Source: Bdellovibrionales bacterium
Lineage (GTDB): Bacteria; Bdellovibrionota; Bdellovibrionia; Bdellovibrionales; JAGQZY01
Length of the DNA stretch: 64,000 nt
Assembly: GCA_964230645.1 (NCBI GenBank)
Contig: CAXRHT010000002.1
Location: forward strand, 1,891,175 to 1,955,174
Reading direction: 5' to 3'
Positions within the stretch are counted from its first letter, which is position 1. Every line of letters begins with the position of its first letter. A program made the position numbers and the translations under genes. The notes beneath the pieces are model-generated. The model was given only the letters and a program-made list of their open reading frames with translations, made no database searches and was not told the DNA's origin. Shown here piece by piece: positions 1 to 11,215 of the stretch.

Positions 1-1563
1 GTTACAGTTAATTTTTGGTACTTCATTGTAGTCTTTGCGAACCAATATATTATTTTTTAGCTCTCCACTAAGTAGTTTGAGAGTACTATCAATACCTGTG
101 TTCACATCAAATGCTTGGGTTTTTTCCTCATCCGCTCTTGAAAAATTTCTGAGTCCTAAAACAATGTCTTTGGCTCGATTGGAACCCTCTTCACAGGACT
201 GAATCAGCTTGGGGAAATCTTTTTTGATGTATTCATAGTCTTCCTCTTGCACAAGTATGTCCAATTCAGCGGGTTTCTTGAGGGTGCGATCAATGATCTT
301 GAAGAGACTTTGAGAGTATTCTTTGAGGTGCCCGATATTAGAATAAATAAAGCCAATGGGGTTATTAAGCTCATGGGCTATTCCTGCCACCAGTTCACCA
401 AGACTTGCTAGCTTTGCCGATTGTACGAGTTGGTTCTGTGTGTTTTTAATTTTATTATTGGCTTGCTCTAATAGATCGAGCTGCTTTTTCATTTTTTGGT
501 CAGACTCAACAATTTGTACCGACATTTCGTTGAAACTATCGACCAACTCAGCAATTTCCGTGCGACTTTTGTTTTCAATAAAGGGAGCTTCCCTGGCATC
601 CTTCAAATTTCTAGACGCTTTGATCAAAGCTTCGATGGGAGAGATCACCTCGCGCACGAAATAGAAACTCATTACCAAAATAAATGCAAAAATACAGATA
701 AAGGTTAAGATAATCATGTAGTTAACATTGCTGATACTCGAAGCAGCAGAAGCCTTCGAGGAACCCATCCCTATTAAAAACTCCAACTGCCCCCAGCTAA
801 TGGCCGTTGACATAAAAGCGTAGGGCACTTCTGAGATACTAAATTCAAAAAACTTATTTTGGCCACTCAGGAGTTGCTCGGAGAGATTAAGGGTGTTGGT
901 TGATTCAGGCAGAGAGCCTAAAAGAATTTTTCCTTTGCTATCAAAGAAGACCACTTCGGCACCGATAGCCTCGGTGATTTTTTTTAAATACTGTTGGTCG
1001 ACTGACAAAATAGATTCTACGTACCCCACCGTTCTTTCTTGCACACCCACTATTTTGCGGACAATTGAAAGTGCGAGAACATTCTTTCCTTTCTTATCTT
1101 TCTGGAAAAGCACTCGATGGAGGCTTGTTTCATCTTCTAAACGCTCCCTAAGGTCCGAGGGAAGGTCCGCCATCCCGTGAACGCTTTTGTATTTTTCATT
1201 AAAATAGACAAAGACCTGCCCCCCTTGAGAGTAGACCTTTACTTCTTCCTGATCAAAAAGTTGAATTTTATCACTAAGAACGGCTTTAAAACCCTCCGGA
1301 TCCACTGTCGATATGAAGTAAATAAGGGACTTATCTTGCAGTGACTTCGTGATAAAATCTTCAAGATTGGTGCGTTTTTTTGCAAAAAGGCTTTCAAGCT
1401 CACGCACATGAACTGTTAAGCGGTCCTTGATCTGTTGGTTGATACTCTTTTGATATTGATCTTGAACAACAAAGGCTAAGATAACTAGAGGAACTAAAGT
1501 AAAGAAGAAGAACCAAGTAAAAACCAGGCTTCTTAAGGACTTTCTCTTCTTTCCCCCAACCAT
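1..1563 (-). CDS. Membrane-bound sensor histidine kinase (NtrB-like), 3' end runs off the window
   Basis: Absent from the ORF track because it has no stop in the window. Manual translation of both ends of the minus-strand frame from ATG 1563 gives MVGGKKRKSLRSLVFTWFFFFTLVPLVILAF (TM) and the H-box SAKLASLGELVAGIAHELNNPIGFI, followed by LRNFSR. Confidence 0.88.
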   Translation of the reverse strand, partial: MVGGKKRKSLRSLVFTWFFFFTLVPLVILAFVVQDQYQKSINQQIKDRLTVHVRELESLFAKKRTNLEDFITKSLQDKSLIYFISTVDPEGFKAVLSDKIQLFDQEEVKVYSQGGQVFVYFNEKYKSVHGMADLPSDLRERLEDETSLHRVLFQKDKKGKNVLALSIVRKIVGVQERTVGYVESILSVDQQYLKKITEAIGAEVVFFDSKGKILLGSLPESTNTLNLSEQLLSGQNKFFEFSISEVPYAFMSTAISWGQLEFLIGMGSSKASAASSISNVNYMIILTFICIFAFILVMSFYFVREVISPIEALIKASRNLKDAREAPFIENKSRTEIAELVDSFNEMSVQIVESDQKMKKQLDLLEQANNKIKNTQNQLVQSAKLASLGELVAGIAHELNNPIGFIYSNIGHLKEYSQSLFKIIDRTLKKPAELDILVQEEDYEYIKKDFPKLIQSCEEGSNRAKDIVLGLRNFSRADEEKTQAFDVNTGIDSTLKLLSGELKNNILVRKDYNEVPKINCN

Positions 1564-1575
1564 CAACGACAAGCC

Positions 1576-2634
<1,059 letters not shown>

Positions 2635-2771
2635 CTAAGGCTCAAGATTAAAGTTTTACAAAAAAAGAGTCAATACAAGAGGTTAGGACTTTTCTATGTT
2701 TTATCAACTTTAATGTTTTATGGGGAGGAAGGGGCGCTGCATTATTGTCTTTCTAACTAAAAAGGAATTGA

Positions 2772-3239
2772 ATGCCGTTCATGGAAAAAGCCGCCTTAAT
2801 CAACGATCTCATCACTTTTTTAAAAACTGATTCTGCCTGCAAAGAGACTCTTTTTTGTCTTTCACCCAAAGCCGAAATTGAAATTCGTATCGCAAGAGAA
2901 TCCCATGTGCGTGTGACTCACGACAAAGTAAACGTGATCGCAGAAGAAAAACCGGCGCGCGCTCCAGAATTTATCTTTGATGCCTCACCTGAGGCCATTG
3001 CCGTATTAGTGGCCGAGAAAAACCTCAGTCCAGCAAAGCTTGGCATTAAATTGCTTAAACAGATCGTTAATCGCGACATCAAGGTCTCTATGCCTGGAAG
3101 CATTTTGCAAGTGACAAGTAAAGGCTATTTCAAAATTCTTAAGGTCGGTGGGACTGAGTTCTTATCCGAACTTAAAAAATACAACCTCACCAGCCTTCCA
3201 AAAATTACGGCAGCCCTAAAAAAGCTCGCTAAAAAATAA
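2772..3239 (+). CDS. Hypothetical protein, possibly SCP2/sterol-carrier-like fold
   Basis: 155-aa ORF with RBS AAGGA. The alpha/beta pattern is loosely reminiscent of SCP2 (weak). Confidence 0.6.
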   Translation: MPFMEKAALINDLITFLKTDSACKETLFCLSPKAEIEIRIARESHVRVTHDKVNVIAEEKPARAPEFIFDASPEAIAVLVAEKNLSPAKLGIKLLKQIVNRDIKVSMPGSILQVTSKGYFKILKVGGTEFLSELKKYNLTSLPKITAALKKLAKK

Positions 3240-3254
3240 GAACTCTAGGCGGCA

Positions 3255-3650
3255 TTAAGGGCTCTTGCACTGTCCAACATAATGAGTGCCGTCAATTAAG
3301 GCTTTGAAGCTTTGATCTTTTAAAATCTCTCCCACAGAATGGATCTCCACAGCTTCTCCCCCGGCGCTTTTTGCTTGGGCATGGATAATAAAGTACGTCC
3401 TTCCCTGCCGAGAAAAGAGATTAGGGGCTGAATCTTTAGCAACGACCGAGTACATGCCAACTTCGGCTCTCCCATTTTTCAATTCAATATAAACTGAAGA
3501 GGCACTCTCTTTTGTGCAATTGTTTTTTTCACAAGCGTACATAAATTGCGGCTGGCAATTTAATTCAATGGAGAGATCTTTAGGAGCCGATTGGCAAGCT
3601 CCAAGAATTAAAAAAGCAATGATAGGTGTTAAACGAATTCGCCCTTCCAT
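3255..3650 (-). CDS. Hypothetical lipoprotein
   Basis: Lipobox LGAC after a hydrophobic stretch; four further Cys; overlaps the glpD stop. Confidence 0.7.
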   Translation of the reverse strand: MEGRIRLTPIIAFLILGACQSAPKDLSIELNCQPQFMYACEKNNCTKESASSVYIELKNGRAEVGMYSVVAKDSAPNLFSRQGRTYFIIHAQAKSAGGEAVEIHSVGEILKDQSFKALIDGTHYVGQCKSP

Positions 3651-5275
3651 CCCAACTCCTTTTCCATTTGTTTCATCAAGAGCTCTTGTTCTTTTTTGGA
3701 AGTCTGCGCATCCCAGCCCAGAAGGTCTTCAAAAACTTTACAAATACATTTTAAATATTTGATCCCATGATCTTTAGTGGCCAGAAAGAGAGGGCTTCTT
3801 CTCCAATAAAAATCTCTAAGAGAAAAACACATCGTATTCTCGATAGCAAAGTGAGCCTCCCCCATCCAGTAAGCCTCATTGTCCGTATAAAGAGAATAAT
3901 GCTTCTGCATGATCTTTAATATATCGTAAGCTTCTTCGCCATGGCGAAAAAGGAGTCGCTTCACGATGGAAGCCGGGAATTCAAACTTTGCCGCCCATTC
4001 ATATTCCATCAATTGCACTCTCTCAAATAGAGCTTCCGTCACTTTTGGATTCAAAGGATTTTTTGTTTGGGACTGCCCATAGGACATCCCGGATTCAAAG
4101 GGCATCTTTTTCAAAACGTGATCCACCGTCTCTTCAGACATCTTTCGGTAGGTTGTGTACTTACCTCCGGCAATAAAAGTGAGATTTTCACCAGTTGACC
4201 AAATTTGGTGCTCGCGGCTGGTTTTTCCTTCAGAGGAAGAGCCATCATTGACCAAGGGACGTACGCCTGCATAACTCGAATAGATATCCTTTTCTTGAAT
4301 ATTAAGTTTAGGAAAATAAGTGTTCAGAGCATCTAACAAATAGCGAACGTCAGAAGCTTCGGCCTTCACCTCTTGTGGCTTTTTTTGGAAATCCGTATCG
4401 GTCGTCCCAACGATCACCATTTCATGTCTTGGAATGACGAAAATGATTCTCTTTTCAACCGCCATCACAATGGCTTTTTTGATGGGAATCTTTTTTCTTG
4501 GAAACACTAAATGCACACCTTTTGTGGGACGCAGACAGTCCTCCCAATTTTTATCCACGATGTGGCCAAAGATGTCTGTCCAAGGGCCAACACTGGATAG
4601 ATACTGATGACCCTTCAGGCTAAATTCTTCTCCTGTCATCTGATCTCTTAAATGAAGCTTTTCAATATTTTCTGAATCGCCTTCAATCGATTCCACGTTA
4701 GTATAATTCACAAGACAGGCTCCACGGCGATGGGCATCTCGTAGAGTTTCAATGACGAGCCTGTCATCATCAGTATAAGCATCAGAGTATTCCATGGCTC
4801 CAACGAGAGTGCGGGCATCAAGCTCTGGCACTCTTTCCCTAACTTCCTCGCTATTGAGGCTTTCGTGCATTTGGGGTGTTTCAAAAAGGGCTAATAGGTC
4901 ATAAAGCCACATACCCGCTAACATCTTCCAGTAGCCCACACGTGAGGACTTATAAATAGGAATCACAAACCGAAGGGGGTGGACCAGATGAGGAGCCAAT
5001 TTAAATAATAAAGCTCTTTCAGAAAGTGCTTCAAAAACCAAGCTAAACTCGAAGTTCTCAAGATAGCGCACTCCACCATGTATTAGTTTTGAGGATCGTG
5101 AACTGGTTCCTTCTGCAAAATCTCGCCCCTCTACAAGAGCGACCTTCATCCCTCGAGAGGCGGCGTCTCTAGCAACTCCCGCGCCCGTAATACCACCACC
5201 AATAATAACGAGATCAAAGACTTCGTTTTTTAGACGCTCTAGGTTTTTATTGCGGGTTTCAAGAGAAAACTTCAC
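3629..5275 (-). CDS. glpD: FAD-dependent glycerol-3-phosphate dehydrogenase
   Basis: DLVIIGGGITGAGVARDA, GTSSRSSKLIHGGVRYL, YAGVRPL and GGKYTTYR. GTG start directly follows the upstream TGA. Confidence 0.95.
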   Translation of the reverse strand: MKFSLETRNKNLERLKNEVFDLVIIGGGITGAGVARDAASRGMKVALVEGRDFAEGTSSRSSKLIHGGVRYLENFEFSLVFEALSERALLFKLAPHLVHPLRFVIPIYKSSRVGYWKMLAGMWLYDLLALFETPQMHESLNSEEVRERVPELDARTLVGAMEYSDAYTDDDRLVIETLRDAHRRGACLVNYTNVESIEGDSENIEKLHLRDQMTGEEFSLKGHQYLSSVGPWTDIFGHIVDKNWEDCLRPTKGVHLVFPRKKIPIKKAIVMAVEKRIIFVIPRHEMVIVGTTDTDFQKKPQEVKAEASDVRYLLDALNTYFPKLNIQEKDIYSSYAGVRPLVNDGSSSEGKTSREHQIWSTGENLTFIAGGKYTTYRKMSEETVDHVLKKMPFESGMSYGQSQTKNPLNPKVTEALFERVQLMEYEWAAKFEFPASIVKRLLFRHGEEAYDILKIMQKHYSLYTDNEAYWMGEAHFAIENTMCFSLRDFYWRRSPLFLATKDHGIKYLKCICKVFEDLLGWDAQTSKKEQELLMKQMEKELGWKGEFV

Positions 5276-5725
5276 TCAAGCCTCGCTTATCTTTGTGGTT
5301 GAGAAATGCAGGTATTCCCCTTCTTTGAACTTATCAAATTTTTCAAGAGCAAAATCTTTGTGCTTACAGGAACTATTAAACAAAACCTTTTGCAGGTGCT
5401 TGGTCTTAGCCCAGCGAATCGCAGTGTCGAGAAGCTGGAACCCGACCTCATCGTCAACGAATTCTATATGCTCAATCCAAAGACTCTGGGTCCATTTATT
5501 AAAAAATAAGAGAGGCTGCCCGAGGAGATAGCCTTTCAGCTCTCCTGCTTCAAGAGCCACGAAACTCCAGCCAAGTCCTGCGTAGTGTTCAAGAGACTCT
5601 TTGCGCCAAGCCTGATCCCAAGATTTCATTTCTTTTTGAATTTCGCCTAGGTCTGCTGGCAGCCTTGAAATCTCCCACTGGAAGACCTCTTCGCTGTGCT
5701 GTTGCAAAAAGAGTTTAATTTCCAT
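5276..5725 (-). CDS. GNAT-fold protein
   Basis: GWSFVA..GELKGYLLG, WIEHI and VGFQLLDTAIRWAK fit a degenerate GNAT motif A. Confidence 0.65.
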   Translation of the reverse strand: MEIKLFLQQHSEEVFQWEISRLPADLGEIQKEMKSWDQAWRKESLEHYAGLGWSFVALEAGELKGYLLGQPLLFFNKWTQSLWIEHIEFVDDEVGFQLLDTAIRWAKTKHLQKVLFNSSCKHKDFALEKFDKFKEGEYLHFSTTKISEA

Positions 5726-5819
5726 GGTGGCAGTTTACCTCAAGCCTTCTAGAGCGTCTACACCTGAGCCAACGGAATCTTTACTGTTCTCATCGCTGAT
5801 TCTACTGTAGGTTAGGGCT

Positions 5820-6593
5820 ATGGAAAAAAATCATTTTAGTGAGAAATTTTTTGATGAAATAAAGCGAACTGTCGAAGAGACCATGAAAAAAAGTGAGGGT
5901 CCCTATTACGCCGCTTTCGATGCTGACGGCACCCTTTGGGACAGTGATCTCGGAGAACAGTTCTTCCAGTACCAGATTGATCATTGTGATCTGGAGCCTT
6001 TAAAAAAGGTGAATCCCTGGGAATATTACGAAACAACAAAAAAAACCGATCCGGTCGCGGCTTACCTGTGGCTGGCTCAAATCAATGCGGGCCATAGCTT
6101 GGAGCAAGTCAGAGCTTGGTCAAAAGCATGTATTGAAAAAAACGGTGCCCGTGTCTTTGAATCGCAGAAAAAATTGATCGCCTGGCTGCAATCCATGGGT
6201 GTGGAAACTCTTATTGTAACCGCTTCCATTCAATGGGCGGTGGAACCAGCCGGAGAGCTTGCCGGCATTTCCTATGAGAATGTCATGGGTATTCAAACAG
6301 CCACGGATGAAAATGGAATCGTCACAGAGGAGCAATTCGGGCCTATCACCTGGCGTGAAGGTAAAGCCAAGGCGCTATTGTCTCGCACCGATGGTGTGAA
6401 GCCAGTATTATGCGCTGGAAACACCTACGGGGACATTGCTTTGCTAGAAGCCTCTAAGGGCGCTCGAATTTGCTCGCAAACCCAAACCGAAAAAAATGGT
6501 CTTGAATGGGAGGAGAGCAAACTCCTTGAGCACGCCAAAAAACACAATTGGCCTGTGCACCATTTTTTCGATCCCCACTTCACAACAGGATAA
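5820..6593 (+). CDS. HAD-superfamily (IB) hydrolase/phosphatase
   Basis: AAFDADGTLW (motif I), IVTAS (II), GKA (III), AGNTYGD (IV). Confidence 0.9.
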   Translation: MEKNHFSEKFFDEIKRTVEETMKKSEGPYYAAFDADGTLWDSDLGEQFFQYQIDHCDLEPLKKVNPWEYYETTKKTDPVAAYLWLAQINAGHSLEQVRAWSKACIEKNGARVFESQKKLIAWLQSMGVETLIVTASIQWAVEPAGELAGISYENVMGIQTATDENGIVTEEQFGPITWREGKAKALLSRTDGVKPVLCAGNTYGDIALLEASKGARICSQTQTEKNGLEWEESKLLEHAKKHNWPVHHFFDPHFTTG

Positions 6594-6596
6594 CAA

Positions 6597-7268
6597 ATGG
6601 TCACTCTTCACCATCTTGAGCGCTCACGCTCCCACCGTGTTCTTTGGATGCTCGAAGAATTAGGTATTGAATATGAAATTAAAACCTACAAAAGAGATCC
6701 GAAGACCCTTCTAGCCCCTGAGAAATTAAAAAATATCCATCCCTTGGGAAAATCCCCCGTCATCACTGATGGTGATCGTACGATCGCAGAATCAAGTGTC
6801 ATTCTTGAATATCTGGTAGAAACCCATGGTAACGGACGATTGAGACCACCTAAAGACAAAGAAGAAGACTACTGGAATTATCAGTATTTCTTGCAAGCCG
6901 CTGAGGGGAGCTTTATGCCCTACCTCTTTTTATCTTTTGTTATGAGCCGCCTCTCTAAAGCACCTGTACCTTTAGTAGTTCGCCCCGTTGGCAAAGCTCT
7001 GAGTCTTGGTCTTCAGCAAAAGCTAATTAATCCAAATCTGAAATCACAGTTCCAGTTTCTCAATCAACATCTAGTGGAAAATACTTGGTTAGCCGGAGAT
7101 GAGTTTTCCGCCGCTGATATTCAAATGAGCTATCCTCTGATGGCAGCAGAATCTCGATCGGACCTAAAAGAGTACCCTAATGTTGTAGACTTTCTGACAA
7201 GGCTAAAAAACCGAGATGCCTTTAATAAAGCTCTAGACATAGGCGGACCTGTTCAACTGGATCTTTAA
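6597..7268 (+). CDS. Glutathione S-transferase
   Basis: SRSHRVLWMLEELG, HPLGKSPVI, AESSVILEYL and FSAADI motifs. Confidence 0.95.
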   Translation: MVTLHHLERSRSHRVLWMLEELGIEYEIKTYKRDPKTLLAPEKLKNIHPLGKSPVITDGDRTIAESSVILEYLVETHGNGRLRPPKDKEEDYWNYQYFLQAAEGSFMPYLFLSFVMSRLSKAPVPLVVRPVGKALSLGLQQKLINPNLKSQFQFLNQHLVENTWLAGDEFSAADIQMSYPLMAAESRSDLKEYPNVVDFLTRLKNRDAFNKALDIGGPVQLDL

Positions 7269-7277
7269 CAGCATTTC

Positions 7278-8033
7278 TTAATCTCTTGGATAAATACTAT
7301 TAATCCCTTTAATATCTTGTCCAGTTAACGGGACGATCCCTCGTTCATAATCGTAGCTGCGGTAATAACAAGGGTTCATAAAAGATAGCTCATCAACTTT
7401 TTCAAAAAATAAAAATTGATCCGATTGGCTAACAGCCTGCTCACATTGGGAGTCAGGATGATTCGATTCGTGATGAAGACCAACAGCGTGTCCAAACTCA
7501 TGAATTGCCACTGACTCTAGAAAATTTTTCCGCCCTTGTGGTGACAGAGATTCATAAACATCAATCGCCACAGGCATTGCAAACTCCATGGTAGGGTTCA
7601 ATACAAGCAGCGCTTTTTTAGAAGAAAAAGATTCCATTTGACCATTACCCCAAACACTTAATTTTCGAGGATGAAGATACTCATCAAACCCTAGCAGAAA
7701 TTTTAAAAAAGAGAGCATATTTCCATAACGATCTTTGTCTTTACTAGAAGGGTCATTTCCAAGAAGTACGCTGATGTCATAATATTCATTAGGCCGACAT
7801 TCTTCCCACGCCTGTGGCAGGTCCAGGTTCGTCTCAGCAAAAGCATCAAATATAGCCGTCTCCATGCGGATTTGAAAATCACGGTAGTAGTCCGAGTAAA
7901 ACTCCCAACACACCTTAATCGGTTCAGGATGGCTCTCTAAGATATGGTTTTCATGGTAAACAAAAGCTTTTGCCGGCCAATGAGGGAGATTTAAAAACAA
8001 ACTTGTAGCAACAAAAATGAGTATAGATTTCAC
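7278..8033 (-). CDS. Secreted metzincin zinc metalloprotease
   Basis: Signal peptide; HEFGHAVGLHHE..HPD zinc motif; SFM Met-turn. Confidence 0.85.
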   Translation of the reverse strand: MKSILIFVATSLFLNLPHWPAKAFVYHENHILESHPEPIKVCWEFYSDYYRDFQIRMETAIFDAFAETNLDLPQAWEECRPNEYYDISVLLGNDPSSKDKDRYGNMLSFLKFLLGFDEYLHPRKLSVWGNGQMESFSSKKALLVLNPTMEFAMPVAIDVYESLSPQGRKNFLESVAIHEFGHAVGLHHESNHPDSQCEQAVSQSDQFLFFEKVDELSFMNPCYYRSYDYERGIVPLTGQDIKGINSIYPRD

Positions 8034-8192
8034 CGGGTGTTCCTTGATTTAATTGAGTTGAAACAACCCACTTTAATGAATGGAGAAGACCCTGACTATA
8101 GGCTCTGAAATATATACTCTATTGTCACTAAGCTAACAGCCTGCCTAAGGAGTATGAATGACGCAACTTCATACGAACAACTCTAAAAAAGG

Positions 8193-9506
8193 CTACGTGG
8201 CCTGCTCACCGATGATCGATTCAAGCTCTTCGACCTCTTTGGGGACATCTTGAGTTAAGTTCACAGGCCCTTTTTCACTAATGAGAATGTCATCTTCAAT
8301 ACGCACACCCAGGCCTCTTAGTTCTTTTGGAGCTGAATCGTCAGTCACTGGCACATAAAGGCCTGGCTCAATGGTATGCACCATATTGGGTTGAAAGGGA
8401 ACTGGGTCATTGCCATTTTTAGAAAAACCAACATCATGGACATCCATACCCAGGTAATGACCGATTCCATGGGGATAGTACTTTAGATAGGTTTTATTCT
8501 CGATGATCTCATCAACAGAGCCTTTTAAAAGTCCAAGATCAATCATTTTCTCCACTAGTAACTCGCAAGAACGCTGATGCATCTCAGGTATGGAATAACC
8601 TGGTTTAGATAAAGCGATCAGCTCTTTTTGTACATCAAGCACCGCTTGATAAATGTCTTTTTGAGCAGAAGTGAATTTTCCATTCACTGGATAGGTTCGG
8701 GTAATATCAGCGGTGTAATAATTTTTCTCTGCACCAGCATCGATTAACAGAAAGTCACCGTCTTGCATCAAACGATTGTTATCTCGGTAGTGAAGAGTGC
8801 AGGCATTGGCTCCAGAGGCAATAATCGAGGAGTAGCCTTCAAAGCTTGCCTCTTGGTTATAAAACGAAAAAAACAAATGAGCCTGTGCTTGCCTTTCATT
8901 CATACCAGGCTTCACATTTTTCATTACGTTGACATGAGCTTGGGCCGAAAGGCGACAGGCATCCGTTAACCACGTGATCTCATGTTCATCTTTGATCACT
9001 CGCATAGGAGCGACCACTTCTTTGGGATCAAAAATTGGAAGCTTATTTCGACCTGAGCGACGATCCAATTGCTGGGCTCTGTCTCTAGCATCGAAGATTA
9101 TGGCGTCTCTAGCTGAATCCTCACCAATGGCAAAGTAAAGCTTTTCAGCACCTCTTAATAAATGGGGCAGTTGCTCATCAAGCTCTCCCATTCCAAAGCA
9201 TTGATCGACTCCAAATTCTTTTTTTGCCAACTCTTGCCCAAAGCGCTCGCCATCCCAAATTTCAACAGAGGGGTCTTTTTCTCTAACGAATAAAGAATAG
9301 CTTTCCTGCTCCCCCGTACGTATCACCGCAACACTGGAGGGTTCTTCAAAACCAGTAAAATAGACGAAAGAGCTTTCTGCTCGGAATCGCGCTAAATGAC
9401 TCTCTTCACCGGAAAAAAACACGTAAACCGCGTTTTCACCAAATTGAGCCAATCGCTTTCTTCGGTTTTCAAAAACAGAGTTATCTTTAAATGTTCTAAT
9501 AGGCAT
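8193..9506 (-). CDS. pepP: Xaa-Pro aminopeptidase
   Basis: LHY, LIDAG, ADITRTYP, HGIGHYLGMDVHD, TIEPGLY and GVRIEDD. Start placed at MPIRTF (9506), overlapping the upstream gene end. Confidence 0.93.
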   Translation of the reverse strand: MPIRTFKDNSVFENRRKRLAQFGENAVYVFFSGEESHLARFRAESSFVYFTGFEEPSSVAVIRTGEQESYSLFVREKDPSVEIWDGERFGQELAKKEFGVDQCFGMGELDEQLPHLLRGAEKLYFAIGEDSARDAIIFDARDRAQQLDRRSGRNKLPIFDPKEVVAPMRVIKDEHEITWLTDACRLSAQAHVNVMKNVKPGMNERQAQAHLFFSFYNQEASFEGYSSIIASGANACTLHYRDNNRLMQDGDFLLIDAGAEKNYYTADITRTYPVNGKFTSAQKDIYQAVLDVQKELIALSKPGYSIPEMHQRSCELLVEKMIDLGLLKGSVDEIIENKTYLKYYPHGIGHYLGMDVHDVGFSKNGNDPVPFQPNMVHTIEPGLYVPVTDDSAPKELRGLGVRIEDDILISEKGPVNLTQDVPKEVEELESIIGEQAT

Positions 9507-10467
9507 ATTGCTGAGCCATTCCTTTAACAAGAGATTTTGATTTGAGCTGACCTTTGCGGATAATGGAGCGCAAGCTATTATAAGAGTTTATTCCTTCGCC
9601 TGAAACTGGAATGCGCACAACTTTATCCACAATCCCTTGGCTGATTTGTGAGCCTAACGACTTTGTCTGTAAAAGGGCCCAGGCCATTTCTCGATCTTTA
9701 TTGCGAATTGATTGATCTAGAAGTTCATTAGGTCCAGCCACATCCACATAAACAATAAGGTTGGCTCCTTGTTGCCTTAAATAACTGGCAAGCCTTGCCA
9801 CCGCCGAAAAGTCTGCACCATACCGGCTTAACTTAAAGTGAGGAGCTGAGGGCCAACAAGTTTTAAGAACACTAATTGCCGATCCTTTAGAGTATATTTC
9901 TGACTTCTCGTTTTCGATGTCTAAAGCAGAACAAGCAAATGGCACGGAACTTTCTGAGAGCTTAGCCCGACCGTAGACTTTTGTGAGGTACGAAGAGAAG
10001 TCGCCCACCTGTGGTTGCGTGCCCCCTGAGAAAAAACCACCGGAGGGTTGAAATTTTTTACCTGGCAATTTTAACAGTTTCCATTCGATGGAGTGAGCCT
10101 TTTTATCCATGGCGTAAGCCGCGGCCACTATAGCTCCCCACTCGATCCCTGCGATCCCATGAACTTTTATTTTTTGATCTTCTAAGGCCTGTAAAAATCC
10201 AATCTGGGCAAAACTAAGGGCCCCTCCAGGTCCAAGGATTAACCCCAACTTTGGCGCTTCCTTTTCAAGAAACTCGGGCTTTTCAATTTTTGGTTGATTC
10301 GGGGGAAGCTCCTTACCCGTTTGTGGATCAATCGGACGCGCTTCTCCTTGCTGAGGTTTTTTATTGATTTCGTCTCTGGTTTTAAGACCAAAATTCTGAC
10401 AACCAGCTAAAATAACCAGAGCCGCGCTAAACTTTAGAACCTTTAAGTAAAAACTCTTTGTTGCCAT
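9496..10467 (-). CDS. Patatin-like lipoprotein, probably catalytically inactive
   Basis: Lipobox LAGC; LGLILGPGGALSFAQIG glycine loop; GIEWG in place of GxSxG. Confidence 0.75.
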   Translation of the reverse strand: MATKSFYLKVLKFSAALVILAGCQNFGLKTRDEINKKPQQGEARPIDPQTGKELPPNQPKIEKPEFLEKEAPKLGLILGPGGALSFAQIGFLQALEDQKIKVHGIAGIEWGAIVAAAYAMDKKAHSIEWKLLKLPGKKFQPSGGFFSGGTQPQVGDFSSYLTKVYGRAKLSESSVPFACSALDIENEKSEIYSKGSAISVLKTCWPSAPHFKLSRYGADFSAVARLASYLRQQGANLIVYVDVAGPNELLDQSIRNKDREMAWALLQTKSLGSQISQGIVDKVVRIPVSGEGINSYNSLRSIIRKGQLKSKSLVKGMAQQYAY

Positions 10468-11215
10468 TGTCCCCCTCTATTGGTGAGTCACAATATTCCA
10501 TCTGTTCTAACGCATTTTGCCTAAAAACCCCAAGGATTTTTTCTAAGGCTAGGTTTCGAGACTCCTGGTCTTTAACCACACCTTTTTTATTAAGATCCTT
10601 TTTTGAGAGTTCAAACTGGGGCTTTACTAGCACGATGAGAGTTCCCCCTTTTTTCAAGTAGTCCAAAAGATTTGGTATGAGTAGAGATAGAGAGATAAAA
10701 GAAACATCCACAACGATCAGATCAAAACTCTGATCTTGCTCTCCAAAAAAACTTTGGAGTATTGCCTCAGGCAATGGATAGCGGGCATTAATCTTTTCAA
10801 AAGCCATTAACTTGTCATTGCTCTGTAGATCTTTGTGAAGCTGCCCCTGTCCCACATCAATACCCAAAACCTTTTGGACTCCTCTATGTAGAAGTAAATC
10901 AGAGAATCCTCCCGTGGAAAGACCCACATCGAGTGCGGTCTTCCCTCTTACATCTACCTCAAATGTGTCTAGGGCTTTTTCGAGCTTTAAAGCTCCCTGC
11001 GAAACATACTTTAAGAATCCCGTATCACGAATTCTAAACTGATTGGGATGTACCTTCTCGAAGTCGAACTTCTGGCCCGGTTTTGTTAATGGGTACCATG
11101 ATATTTGATCCTCAGAAAACTCGATGTCACCGGACTGTATAAGTTTTTGAATTTGAGAGCGCGTCCACTGAGGAAACAATTCCAAAAGAATTTGATCGAG
11201 TCTTTTCTCACTCAT
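10427..11215 (-). CDS. tlyA: TlyA-family rRNA 2'-O-methyltransferase
   Basis: S4-like RLD start; YVSQGALKL, LDVGLSTGGF, DVSFISL, LVKPQFE and GNKEFL. Confidence 0.93.
   Translation of the reverse strand: MSEKRLDQILLELFPQWTRSQIQKLIQSGDIEFSEDQISWYPLTKPGQKFDFEKVHPNQFRIRDTGFLKYVSQGALKLEKALDTFEVDVRGKTALDVGLSTGGFSDLLLHRGVQKVLGIDVGQGQLHKDLQSNDKLMAFEKINARYPLPEAILQSFFGEQDQSFDLIVVDVSFISLSLLIPNLLDYLKKGGTLIVLVKPQFELSKKDLNKKGVVKDQESRNLALEKILGVFRQNALEQMEYCDSPIEGDNGNKEFLLKGSKV

Noticed and set aside
356..1180. Plus-strand ORFs 356-664, 496-708 and 893-1180, and similar short antisense ORFs throughout
   Set aside because: They are shadows of well-supported genes on the opposite strand or in another frame.
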